Origin: Squalus acanthias
Lineage: Eukaryota
Length of the DNA stretch: 64,000 nt
Assembly (NCBI GenBank): GCA_030390025.1
Contig: CM059432.1
Coordinates: 146,942,001-147,006,000, forward strand
Direction of reading: 5' to 3'
Shown here: positions 49,940-61,970 of the stretch, piece by piece
Position numbering within the stretch: position 1 is the first letter of the stretch
How the letters are laid out: each line of letters begins with the position of its first letter
Notes under the pieces: model-generated
The model's database searches: none
What the model saw: only the letters and a program-made list of their open reading frames with translations
Told to the model about the DNA's origin: nothing
Translations under genes and position numbers: made by a program

Positions 49940-51065
49940 TGTTGCCCTGGTCCTGCTGTAGGCTGGCATGGACTGCTTCATTATCGAGAGGTTGTCATGG
50001 ACAGATGCATCTGCGACAGGTAGGTTGGTGAGGACGAGGTCAAGTAGCTTTTTCCCTCGTGTTGGTTCTCTCACCACCTGTTGCAGGCCCAGTCTGGCAG
50101 CTATGTCCTTCAGGACTTGGCCAGCTCGGTCAGTAGTGGTGCTACCGAGCCACTCTTGGTGATAGACATTGAAGTCCCCCAACCAGAGTACATTCTGTCC
50201 CCTTGCTACCCTCAGTGCTTCTTCCAAGTGGTGCTCAACATGCAGGAGTACTGATTAATAGGAGGATGGTAGGTGGTAATCAGCAGGAGGTTTCCTTGCT
50301 CATGTTTGACCTGAAGCCATGAGACTTCATGGAGTCTGGAATCAATGTTGAGGACTCACAGGCAATGTTCCCATTAAGCTGTGCTGGCCCCCTGCCGGCT
50401 TCTCAATGGAAAAAGCGCGAATGCGCAGAAAATAAAATTAAAGGGAACATTGCTCCCAGGGCCACTCCCTCCCCTGACTGTATAACCCCTCTGGTGGGTC
50501 TGTCCCACCAGTGGGACAGGATGTCCTCAGGGATGGTGATGGCGGAGTCTGGGACAATTGGCTGAAAGTTATGCTTTTGAGTACAGCTATGTCAGGCTTG
50601 ACTAGCCCATGGGACAGTTCTCAAATTCCTAGATGTTAGTGAGGAGGACTTTGCAGGGTCAACTGGGCTGGGTGTGCCTTTGTTGTGTCCATATCCAGTG
50701 CTTAGGTTGATGCCAAGTGGTCTGTCTGGTTTTATTTTTCTCATTTTTTAATTGTAGCACCTTGAATACAACTGAGTGGCTTGCTAGTTAAGAGTGGGTT
50801 TGGAGTCACAGCAAGGCCAGATTGGGTAAGGACAGCAGATGTCCTTCCCTAAAGGGCATTATTGAACCAAATGTGTTTTTACAATGATCCTGTAGGTTCA
50901 TGGTCACCATTACTAATACTAGCTTTTTACTTCAGATTTATTTAATTAACTGAATTTAAATGCCCCCAGTTGCTGGGGTGGGATTTGAACTACATGCCTC
51001 CATTAAGTTCAGGCCTTTGGATTACTAGTCCAGTACCATAACCACTCTGCTACCATACCCTCATG
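49940..51065 (-). mobile_element. Zenon/Crack-like LINE 5' portion (endonuclease), internally deleted
   Basis: VLWLGDFNVYHQEWLGSTTTDRAG...QQVVREPTRGKKLLDLVLTN (49925-50227). Confidence 0.7.
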
Positions 51066-51786
51066 CCAGACTAAGATATGTTACTGGACTAGTAATTCAT
51101 GCCCATTAATGTGAAGACCGAAGGATTTTCAAGTGTTGTATCGACTCCCTTTGAATGGTGTGTACATTGCATGTGCAGTGTTAATTAAACTATTTTATTT
51201 TAACATGGCGCACTTCTGAACAGAAGACTGTCGTGAGCATGGTGTTGATATCACACATACATAGCAGGACACGGGACCCTTGAAACAGCATTACCGTCAT
51301 GGTAGTGCTTCACCTAACCAGCCTCAGATGCCCACAGGGATAACAAAAGAAAATCATTTTTTTCCATGAGTCATGACTTTGATTAACTACAGAGCCAGTG
51401 CCTAGACTTGCCTCTCTACTCAACCATGAATTCATTTCTCAACCGCCTTCGGTTACACTGTGATAATGAGCACAGCTTCAGCCTGTACTCAGAAAATCTG
51501 CTGCATCTTCAAATCAGCAGACCCATTCTCCACAAAGCTGGCTGCTTCACTCGAGAAGTCTGAGCAACTGCTATGAAAATCCATCTTCCCTTCGGGCAAA
51601 GGAATTAATTTAAAGAATTACTTAAGTTCTTCCACTAGATTCACAACCCTAGCAATTTCCTGCATATTCAGTGGGACAATCACGTGTGAGATTATCATCC
51701 GGCCTCAAGATCGTGACCTTATACAACTATACAGCAGTAAATCCTAGCATTTCATAGAACAGAATCATAAAATCATAGAATAGTAA

Positions 51787-52265
51787 AAAAAAGAAAAGAA
51801 AGACTAGCATTTATATAGCGCTTTCACGGCCACCAGATGTCCCAAAGTGTTTTACAGCCAATGAAGTACTTTTTGAAGTGTAGTCACTGTTGTAATGTGG
51901 GAAACGCAGCCGCCAATTTGCGCACAGCAAGCTCCCACAAACAGCAATGTGATAATGACCAGATAATCTGTTTTAGTGATGTTGGTAGAAATATAAATAT
52001 TGGCCAGGAAACCAGGGATAACTCCCCAGCTCTTCTTTGAAATAGTGGCCGTGGGATCTTTTACATCCACCTGAGAGAATAGACGGAGCCTCGGTTTAAT
52101 GTCTCACCGAAAAGACGGCACCTCCAACAGTGCAGCACTCCCTCAGCACTGGACTGGGATGTCAGCCTGGATTTTTGTGCTCAAGTCTCTGGAGTGGGAC
52201 TATGAACCCACAACCTTCTGACTTAGAGGCGAGGGTGTTGCCCACTGAGCCACTGGCTGACACAG
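51787..52265 (-). mobile_element. Full-length Deu-domain SINE inserted into a CR1 3' tail
   Basis: Reverse complement of 12898-13358; flanked by CR1 tail atcatagaatagta and cagcaaagcacagaaggagg. Confidence 0.88.
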
Positions 52266-52387
52266 CAAAGCACAGAAGGAGGCCATTCAGCCTATCTAGA
52301 CTGCGCCGTCTCTTTTGAAGAGCAATCCTGTTAGTTCTACTCCCTGGCTCTTTCCCCATATCCCTGCAATTTTTTCTCCTTCAATAA

Positions 52388-53965
52388 AAACATAAGAACA
52401 TAAGAATTGGGAGCAGGAGTAGGCCATATGCCCTTCGAGTCTGCTCCGCCATTCAATAAGATCATGGCTGATTTTCAAACTCAACTTCACTTTCCCGCCT
52501 GATCCCCATATCCCTTGATTCCCCTAGAGTCCAAAAATCTATCTATCTCAGCCTTGAATATACTCTACGATTCAGCATCCACAGCCTTTTGGGGTAGGGA
52601 ATTCCAAAGATTCACCACCTCTGAATGAAGAAATTCCTCCTTATCTCAGTCTTAAATATCCGACCCTTTATCCTGAGACTATGCCCCCTAATTCTAGATT
52701 CTCCAGTCAGTGGAAACAACCTCTCAGCATCTACCCTGTCAATCCCCCTCAGAATCTTAGATGTTTCAATGAGATCACCTCTCATTCTTCTAAACTCCAG
52801 AGAGTATAGGCCCATTCTACACAACCTCTCATCATAGGACAGCCCTCTCATCCCAGGATCAATCTAGTGAACCTTTGTTGCACCGTCTCGAAAGCATGTA
52901 TGTCCTTTCTCAGAGGAGACCAAAACTGTGCACAGTCCTCCAGGTGTGGTCTCACCAAAGCCCTGTATAATTGTAGTAAGACTTCCTTACTCTTGTACTC
53001 CAACCCCCTTGCAATAAAGGCTAACATGCCATTTGCCTTCCTGATTGCTTGCTGTACCTGCATGCTAGATTTCTGTGTTTCCTGTACGAGGACACCCAAA
53101 TCTCTCTGAACATCAACATTTAATAGTTTCTCACCATTTAAGAAATATTATGTTTTTCTATTTTTCCTACAAAAGTGAATAACCTCACATTTCCCCACAT
53201 TATACTCCATCTGCCACCTTATTGCCCACTCACTTAAACTGTCTATATCCCTTTGCAGGCTCTTTGTGTCCTCCTCACAGCTTACTTTCCCACCTAACTT
53301 TGTATCGTCAGCAAACTTGGATACATTGCACTTGCTCCCTTCATCTAAGTCATTAATATAGATTGTAAATAGCTGAGGCCCAAGCACTGATCCTTGCGGC
53401 ACCCCACTAGTTACAGGCTGCCAACTGGAATATGACACGTTTATCCCTACTGTCTGTTTTCTGTCCGTTAATCAATCCTCTATCCATGCTAATATATTAC
53501 ACCCAATTCCATGAGCCATTAGCAACCTTTTATGTGGCACCTTATCGAATGCCTTTTGGAAATCCAAATATACTACATCCACTGGTTCCCCTTTAAGTAT
53601 CCTGTTCGTTACATCCTCAAAAAACTTTAATAAATTTGTTAAACATGATTTCCCTTTCATAAAACCATGTTGATGCTGCCTAATCATATTATGAATTTCT
53701 AAGTGCCCTGTTACCACTTCCTTAATAATGGATTCCAACAATTTCCTGACGACTGATGTCAGCCTCACTGGCCTGTAGTTCCCTGTTTTTTCTCTCCCTC
53801 CTTTCTTGAATAGCGAGGTTACATTTGCTACCTTCCAATCTGCTGGGATCGTTCTAGCATCTAGGGAATTTTGGAAGATCACAACCAATGCATCCAATAT
53901 CTCTGCAGCTACCTCTTAGGATGTAGGCCATCAGGTCCAGTGGATTTGTCGACTTTTAGTCAAAG
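52388..53965 (-). mobile_element. CR1 LINE ORF2 RT region, 5'-truncated
   Basis: ORFs 52612-52851, 52848-53099, 53148-53438 ([17 protein letters not shown]), 53472-53897. Confidence 0.92.
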
Positions 53966-54034
53966 GAACATCGGAACATAGGACTCGTGAATCGGGGGGA
54001 CTTGGGAATCAGGGGGATTCGGAAATCAGGATGA

Positions 54035-54360
54035 ACTAGGAACATAGGAGCAGGAGGAGGCCATTTAGCCCCTCACGCCTGTTCCGCCATTCAATGAGAT
54101 CATGGCTGATCTGCGACCTAACTCCATATACCCGCCTTTGGCCCATATCCCTTAAAACCATTGGTTAACAAAAAGCTATCAATCTCAGATTTAAAATTAA
54201 CAATTGACCCAGCATCAATTGTCATTTGCAGAAGAGAGTTCCAAACTTCTACCACCCTTTGTGTGTAGAAGTGTTTCCTAATTTCACTCCTGAAAGGATT
54301 GGCTCTAATTTTTAGACTATGCCCCCGGTCCTAGAATCCCCAACCAGCGGAAATAGTTTC
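54035..54360 (-). mobile_element. CR1 LINE 3' end
   Basis: ggaacataggagcagg tail; FYTQRVVEVWNSL-type remnant on -. Confidence 0.8.
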
Positions 54361-54399
54361 TGCACTTGCTTAAAACCTGTTCCATCTCTAACTTCTTCC

Positions 54400-54436
54400 A
54401 GTTCTGACGAAAGATCATTGACCTGAAACGTTAACT
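54400..54436 (+). ncRNA. Minimal hammerhead ribozyme motif in a PLE family 1 pLTR fragment (54361-54490)
   Basis: AGTT-CTGACGA-aagatcattgacct-GAAAC GTT-AACT; core and stem I intact, one stem II mismatch. Confidence 0.65.
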
Positions 54437-54617
54437 CTGTTTCTCTCTCCCCACAGATACTGTCTGACCGGCTGAGTATTTCTGTTTGTATTAATAGGCC
54501 TGGTATTCAGAGGAACTGAGCACATCAAAATTTGGAATGACAAGGGTTTTGCGTGTAACACCTTGCCCGCATATATTTAAAAAAATTCTGTATGCTTTTT
54601 GTCTCCGATAAACACAG

Positions 54618-54800
54618 ACGTCTCCTGGATAACGAAGATGAACTCAGCGACATTCAGTCGGACTCTGTTCCCTCGGAGGTTCGTGACTGGCTGGCCTCCA
54701 CTTTTACGAGACAAATGGGGATGATGCTGAAGAAAACAGAGGAAAAACCGAGATTCCGCAGCATTGTCCACGCGGTGCAGGCTGGGATATTTGTCGAAAG
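54618..54800 (+). CDS. PDE1C: PDE1C-like coding exon (PDEase_I_N / second CaM-binding region)
   Basis: acacAG acceptor, GTaggg donor, 183 bp. CG|A completes Arg with the previous exon. RLLDNEDELSDIQSDSVPSEVRDWLASTFTRQMGMMLKKTEEKPRFRSIVHAVQAGIFVE(R). Confidence 0.95.
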
Positions 54801-54847
54801 GTAGGGAAAGTGTCGGTAAATTTTTAACGTTGGGCTTTTTCACTTAT

Positions 54848-55260
54848 GAGAAGTCGCACAACACCAGGTTATAGTCCAACAGATTTATTTAAAATTACAA
54901 GCTTTCGGAGCTATCGCCCCTTCCTCAGGTAAAGTTACAATGAGTGAATCTACAAAAGTTCACAGAATATAAACACAGAAACTGCAGAGATACAATCTTT
55001 CCTTACATCAAAGACACACCAAGAGCACAGCCAAGACAATGAGATGTGTCCCAGGGGGTCCAACGTGTCAAAACCTGCTGTCTGCAGTGTTTTTTGTGTT
55101 TGTTTTTTGTGTTTGTTTTTTTTGTGTTTGTTTTTTAAAAACTGGAAAGACAGACAACGATGTCAATTCACGTTGAACCCGATATCCCTATTGAGGCCGT
55201 CCTCATGAGTGCGGAACTTGGCTATCAGTTTCTGCTCGATGATTTTGCGTTGTCGTGTAT
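54848..55260 (-). mobile_element. Penelope-like element family 2, 3' fragment
   Basis: Minus strand 55260-55163 reads TRQRKIIEQKLIAKFRTHEDGLNRDIGFNVN* (GIY-YIG C-terminus), followed by a hammerhead motif and aataaatctgttggactataacctgg. Confidence 0.75.
54895..54932 (-). ncRNA. Minimal hammerhead ribozyme motif (PLE family 2)
   Basis: Minus strand TTAC-CTGAGGA-a GGGGC gata GCTCC-GAAAG CTT-GTAA; palindromic AAGCTT stem III. Confidence 0.7.
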
Positions 55261-55924
55261 GGCACTGGATAAAAATGCCACTGTGCCCAAAAAAAAGAAA
55301 TGCTTGCAAATGGACATTTTCCACCGCTGCTACTTCAGCAGCCAGCTGCTACTGCTTGAAATGCATGGGTTAATATAAACGTCAGTGTCAACGAGATTTT
55401 AACCTGGAGATTTCATAAAAACAGCCCACGGCAAATTTTTCCTGGTTTCCTCACCCTGTGCTGGTCAGGATCGGTGCCTCCAAAGTGCACTGCTCCTGCC
55501 CAGACCCAGGAAAGCCAGTGTTTCCTGTCCCAGGCGATCAACCTGGCCTGGGGGGGGGGTACCCCTGGGTCAACTTGCCTTCCAGCATGGCCCAAGCATG
55601 GTCGAATGGGCAGAAAATTTAAGTGCAGCTGCAGGCTTGAGAGGTTGTGTGTTGGGTCTCTGAGATCAGGGCTTTCTGGCTCCTGATGATCAGCAGCCAA
55701 AAGGCTCTAGTTGCCAGTAACACCTGTGGGGGGTCGTAAAAAAAAAGATTGCTTGCCTTCCTATTTTGAGTCTGCCCTGGGACCTCCGCAGACCCTCCGG
55801 TCAGTGGGAGTCTGAGGACAGGCAGTAGTGCCATGTTTCATTGGCTGCCCTGAATTGAGGTGCTTTGTGAGCAGGGAACTGAGGTGGGAGGCTGCAAATA
55901 CCTGCTGCAGACACAGGCCCAGCT

Positions 55925-56470
55925 CTGTCTTAAAGGAAGAGAGAGAGCTAGAGAGGCCAGAGAGGTTTAGGGAGGGAATTCCAGAGCTTAGGGCCCAGGC
56001 AGCTGAAGGCACAGCCACCAGTGGTGGGGAGATGAAAATCAGGGATTCGCAAAGGGCCAGAATCGGAGGGGCACAGAGATTTCGGAGGGTTGTAGAGCTG
56101 GATGAGGTGACAGACATAGGGAGGGGCGAGGCCATGAAAGATTTGAAAGCAAGGATGAGAATTTTAAAATTAAGGTGCTGCCGAACTGAGAGCCAATGTC
56201 GGTCACCAATCACAGGGATGATGGGTGAACAAGGCATGGTGTGGGTTAGGATATGGGCAGCAGAGTTTATGGAGGGTAAACGATTGGGAGGCCGACCAGA
56301 AAAGTATTGGTATTCTTGATTCTGGAGGTAACAAAAGCATGGGTGAGGGTTTCAGCAACAGATGGGCTGAAGCAGGGCGTAGATGGGCAATATAATCGAG
56401 GTGGAAGTAGACCGTCTCAGTGATGGAGAGTATATGTGGTCGGATGCTCAGGTCAGGGTCAAATAGGACG
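55925..56470 (-). mobile_element. L2 LINE fragment
   Basis: HWLSVRQHLNFKILIL (ORF 55761-56237); homologous to 35650-36250. Confidence 0.8.
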
Positions 56471-57179
56471 CAGAGTAATCACTGGGGAATTGGTAGCTTT
56501 GACTTTGGCCATAAGACAAAGATATAACTGCAGTGCCCCAAGCCCCTGTTTTTCTATTTTACAATCAGCAAGTCATCCTCCCACATCAGATGGCTCCCTA
56601 CTGGGGGGGCAGGATTGATGAGTTTATCATGAAGAGCTGAGCTACTTTTCGATACAGCAGAGAAGACTGAGGGCAAACGTGATACAAGTGGGTAAAATGT
56701 TAGAGGGTACTTGTTTGAAACTAAAAAGCTCCAGTGAAACAAGAAATGGAAAGAAACTTTCATTCTCTACGGAATGATGTGCCGAACAAAATCCCGAAAA
56801 AGGCACTTGTCAGTCAACTCCTTTGAAATGACCTAAATAAATATAAATGGAGGTTATACAGATAACATGGACTTAAAATAGGCATTGCGGTTTTCTAGGC
56901 ATGAAGACATGGGGGGTGGGGGGGGCGGTGCGGGGGTTGAGGGGGGGTGGGGAATTTAGTATATGGACGTCTATATTCCAGGGTTACATGACAGGAGTGG
57001 AAGGGTGGATAAATGTCCTAGAGCTCTGTATCTTACTTTTGGTGATCAGGGGGTATTTATGTTATGTTCTTAACATAGAGCTTTCCCTCAGGTGATTAAA
57101 TTGGTGGGATACAGTGAAGGCAGAATTAACATGGCCAGTGGAAGCTTTGAAGTCAATGGAGTGTAAAATTGGGCGGAGT

Positions 57180-57618
57180 GTAAATTGACAGTGTCTGAAC
57201 ATACCCCATTCTTCCCCGTAATTTGAGAGTGTCTGAACATACCCCATTCTTCCCCGTAATTTGAGAGTGTCTGAACATACCCCATTCTTCCCCGTAATTT
57301 GACAGTGTCTGAACATACCCCATTCTTCCCCGTAATTTGACAGTGTCTGAACATACCCCATTCTTCCCTGTAAATTGACAGTGTCTGAACATACCCCATT
57401 CTTCCCCGTAATTTGACAGTGTCTGAACATACCCCATTCTTCCCCGTAATTTGACAGTGTCTGAACATACCCCATTCTTCCCTGTAAATTGACAGTGTCT
57501 GAACATACCCCATTCTTCCCCGTAATTTGACAGTGTCTGAACATACCCCATTCTTCCCCGTAATTTGACAGTGTCTGAACATACCCCATTCTTCCCTGTA
57601 AATTGAGAGTGTCTGAAC
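57180..57618. repeat. 38-bp minisatellite, ~11.5 copies
   Basis: Unit gtaa(t/a)ttga(c/g)agtgtctgaacataccccattcttccc(c/t), head-to-tail, no spacers. Confidence 0.97.
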
Positions 57619-58400
57619 CTTCTTGCCAGCGTGTTAGGTGCAAATTGGGGTTTTACTGCATTTTGTTACCATTGCTGTTGTTGGGAGTACCTGCCCATAA
57701 AAGAAAATTAATTTCTATTGTCCACAAATGTCAGTAAGTAAAGACTGTTTGGCCCATTGAGATTGTTGTTCTAATGATCACGTTCATTTTCCCCTAAACC
57801 TGCCCCACCATAATCCCCCAAGGGCAAACTCTCTGACTGGGGCTTCAGGGCTGCATTTTAAGTTGTAATTACAGAACTGGGAAAGTGAAGAGCTGTTATT
57901 AGACAAAACACTCAATTTCATTATTAAACATGAAAGTCTTCAAAACCACGGTTATGCTGATGATTTTCCCCATAGTTTAGCTGCAGAGGCTTTCATCATT
58001 GGATACTGAAGTTTAAAAAATAATCTGCAGTTTAAAGGTAGATGACTAGCAAAATGCAAGCGGATTTTCAGTTTTGCTAATCAATATTCTAGCAATGCCG
58101 ACATAAAACTTACCGTCAACTTGCTGACCTCATATTCTGGCATTATCCCTGTATTTTGCCAGGCTGTCTGTCAGCTTCACTTTTATTGCAATTGATTTCG
58201 CTGAAAGAAAGTTTTTTATCAACAGGAGGAGGCAATGAACAAATAGTTACTCACTGTAAAAAAAAGCAAGCGTCCTGATTAAGTGCCTGAAGTGTAATTT
58301 TGCATCAATTCAAGCATGTTATCTCACTGACCAATGCTACTGGTACAAATCTATCATTATGGTATTAATTCTGTTTGTTTTCTAAACTGCTCCTGAACAG

Positions 58401-58467
58401 AATGTACAGGCGTACATCAAATATGGTTGGACTAAGCTACCCTCCTTCAGTCATCGCTGTGTTAAAG
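58401..58467 (+). CDS. PDE1C: PDE1C-like coding exon
   Basis: ctgaacAG acceptor, GTattt donor, 67 bp. AG|A completes Arg, then MYRRTSNMVGLSYPPSVIAVLK (this MYRRTSNMVGLSYPP form is PDE1C-type as I recall it). Not in the ORF track. Confidence 0.92.
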
Positions 58468-59189
58468 GTATTTTTTGGCTTTTGCTTTTTTTACTCTATG
58501 ACAATCTCATACCCCTTTAAAGCTATTATGAGGCAAACTTTATGAGTTTGTGCCTCCAATGAGGGGCATTGTTTGACAGGAGGGCAGATTGTAGAATTGG
58601 GCATTGAGGCGGACATTGCCAATTCACGGCCTTTAACTTTATCCTGGTTAATTTTAATGACTGGGAAATCGCAATGGATGCGAGTTGGGTGGACTGACCT
58701 TCGAACCTGATTGTCCAATCTGCCCTTCAGTCGAGTGAAGCCATGAGCTGGAAGCGGAACTTGTAAAACTGACCCTATATTCTGCTTTTATAAATGAATT
58801 TTTCCCCATGGCACATGAGAGTTACTGTCAATGATTGTAGTTCTCAAAGTTTGTTCCGTCTGCACTGATTATTGCAATATTGAAAAGAGTGCTGTACATA
58901 TTTACTTATATTTCTGAACCATTAATTAATGAATAGATACAAGTTAAGCCTAGATTTTTGACTATTAGTGTTGTTAATGCCTGAATGGCTATTGGTGGAT
59001 AGTGGACAAACTCGAATAGAGGTGGGTTGTTGCACCCAATTTTCTGAAGTCAGGTCATTAGCAGAACCACACGTGCAGATTTGAAAAGTGTAGGGAGCAC
59101 ACTAGGGGGGTCATTTTGACTTTGCGCGATAGTGTAAAATGGGTGATAGCGAATCGGCAGACCATTTTTTGATTTTTATTTCCATTGAC

Positions 59190-61970
59190 TTGAGGGTAAT
59201 AATCTCTGGATTATTGTCCAATCCACGTGCAAATTGGCATAGAGACCGATAGATCAGGAGCATTAATACGTTGCTAAAGGCTGGTGTGGGAAAGTGGGGT
59301 TCCATTTCATGGGGCACTGGCACCAGTACTGGGACAGGAAGGAGATATACCGATGGGACGGGCTGCATCTGAACTGAAAAGGGACCAGTGTCCCAGCGGA
59401 AAAGGTAAGTAGGGAGGTGGCAAAGATTTTAAATCAGTACGACGGGGGAGGGAGCTACAAGAAATGAAACAAGACTAAACTAAGGGAGGACATATATGGC
59501 CAGGGAATAAATGGAGTTATAGAACAGGAGTGTAAAAAGATGGTTAAAAATAAAGTGAGAGCAACAAGAACAAACTGAACACTAATGAAACACCATGGAT
59601 GAATAAAGACATAAGGGAAAAATTGAGGGTAAGTAAAAAGGCCTACACGAAGTACATGGACAGCATGGGGAGAGCATGACAAGGGAGAATGCAAAGAGAT
59701 TAGAAGGGAAGTCAAAAAAAAATGAGGAAGGCAAAGAGGAACTATGAAATTAAATTATCAAGGAACTTAAAACAAAATAGTAAAATATTCTAAAGACACA
59801 TAAATAAAAAAAGGAAAGTTGGGATGGGAATCGAGCTACGAAAGGATGTACAGGATAAAATCACAAGCAGCGATAGTGAAATGGCAGAAATATTAAATAA
59901 TTACTTTGCTTCAGTATTTACCAGGGAGATAGATCAGGTGGACATGACATCGGAAGTTGAGATTCAAAATGATATAACCGCATTTAAAATAAAAAGACGA
60001 GAAATATTAAATAAACTAATCAAACTCAAAGAGGATAAAAACCCTGGTCCGGACAAATTGCACCAAATATTTGAAAAGAATCGAGGGAAGAGATAGCAGA
60101 GGCACGATTACACATATTTAATTATTCATTCGAAAAAGATGTAGTGCCAGAGGACTGGCGGATAGCTAACATTATACCTATATCTAAGAACAGAGAAAGA
60201 GCAAGGATCAGTGCTGGGACCACTGTTGTTCACAATTTATATTAACGATTTAGACTTTAGAATCAAAAACACAATTTCTAAATTTGCAGATGATACCAGA
60301 TTGGGGGCGGTGGGGGGTGGATAGTCAATACTGAGGAGGACTGCAACAAATTACAGGAAGACGTGAATAAACTTGCAGAATGGGCATATAATTATCAAAT
60401 AAATTTCAACATAGATAAGTGTGAGGTATTACATTTTGGTAAGAAAAATAGGGATGTCACATATTACTTGGAAAATAAGAATCTAAATGGGGTAGAGGAA
60501 CACAGTGACCTGGAAGTACAAATACACAAATCACTAAAAGTAGAGACAGGTTAATAAGGCCATAAAAAAATGAAACCAAGCACTAGGGTTTATTTCTAGA
60601 GGGATAGAATTGCAAAGTAGAGAAGTTATGCTAAACTTGCATCAAACCTTGGCTAGACCACACTTGGAGTGCTGTGTACAGTTCTGGTTGCCATATTGGC
60701 CCAAAAATTAGTGAGTGAGCCTTCGTGCGAGGGTAAGGCTTCCCCGCGATCTCTCACTGCGCGTTGGCTTTTTCAGTCCGAGCTCGCACGAACTTGATGT
60801 TCTGGACAGCAGCTGTGCAGGGCTTTCGTATCCCACAGGCGTAGTTAATTCGTGCGAGCTGTGGGATCACGTGACTCAGTTAGAGCCAATGGCAGCACAC
60901 CATCTTTCATTCATAGCTTTCACAGCATGGCTGTGAAAGCTATGAATACTATACCCCCCCAAAAGAACAGCTAAACCTCAATTAAATTAAAAAAAAACCC
61001 CATCACATTAATAAAATAAGTATAGTTAAATAAATTAACCATTTTAAACAAAAAATTAAATTTTTGAAAAAATTTAAGATCTTTTAAAAAGTTATAAAAA
61101 TAAACTTACCTGTCTTTAAAGTCTCTAAAAAAGATATACCTGTTAAAAAAAATTCAAAATAATACTTAATTAACTACTTACCTTGTTAAAAGAGGGTCTT
61201 ACGCCTCCTTTCTTTATGTCTAAAATGTTCCATGCTTACCTGCGCGTTCAAAGCACTAAGTGCACTGCGTGCGCGCAGCCTGTAGCGCGTACGTGGTTCA
61301 CCTAGGAACCGCCCCCTTTTGAATTCACCAAGTGCCAGTTTTCAGCGCATGCGCAGTGCATGCAGAAAACCGGCAATTGGAGACAGAATACGCGAGAGTA
61401 CACAGTGCATACTCTCGCGTAGAGGCACTAATTTTTGTGCCATTATAAAAAGGAGATAGATGCACTGGAGAGGTTCCAAGAAAGATTTACAAGGATGATA
61501 CCAGAGCTACAAGGTTATACCTATCAGGAAAGGATGAACAGGCTGGGTCACTTTTCTCTTCAAAAAAGAAGGCTGAGGGCGACCTAATAGAGGTCTTTAA
61601 AGTTCTGAAAGATTTTGATAGGGTGGATACAGAGAGAGTGTTTCCACTTGTGGGGAAGAGCATAACTAGAGGCCATCAATATAAGATAGTCACCAAGAAA
61701 TCCAATAGGGAATTCAGGACAAACTTCTTTACCCAGAGAGTGGTGAGAATGTGGAACTCGCTACCACAGGGAGTGGTTGAAGCGAATAGTATAGATGCAT
61801 TTAACGGGAGGCTGGACAAGCATATGAGGGAGAAGGGAATAGAGGGTTATGCTGATAGATTTAGATGAGGAAAGACGGGAGGAGGCTCGAGTGGAGCATA
61901 AATGCCGGCATGGACTGGTTGGACCGAATGGCCTGTTTCTGTGCCGTATATCCTAGGTAATCCTATGACT
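59190..61970 (+). mobile_element. Old, multiply deleted CR1 LINE (ORF1 esterase end to 3' tail)
   Basis: WDGLHLN remnant at ~59355; EMAEILNNYFASVFT, KNPGPD; CEVLHFGKKN; NFFTQRVVRMWNSLP. Confidence 0.85.
60698..61441. mobile_element. Harbinger-type MITE with internal hairpins
   Basis: TIRs GGCCCAAAAATTAGTG ... CACTAATTTTTGTGCC; exact 3-bp TSD ATT; removal restores the CR1 frame QFWLPYYKKEIDALE. Confidence 0.88.

Noticed and set aside
54592..54804. Stand-alone small ORFs 54592-54804 and 63392-63619
   Set aside because: They are PDE1C exons with intronic extensions; true limits are set by the AG/GT sites.
57180..57618. CRISPR array or repeat-protein gene (ORFs 57062-57643, 57088-57582, 57153-57551)
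   Set aside because: Units are head-to-tail with no unique spacers and no cas genes, in a vertebrate intron. The ORFs follow from a stop-free 38-bp unit.
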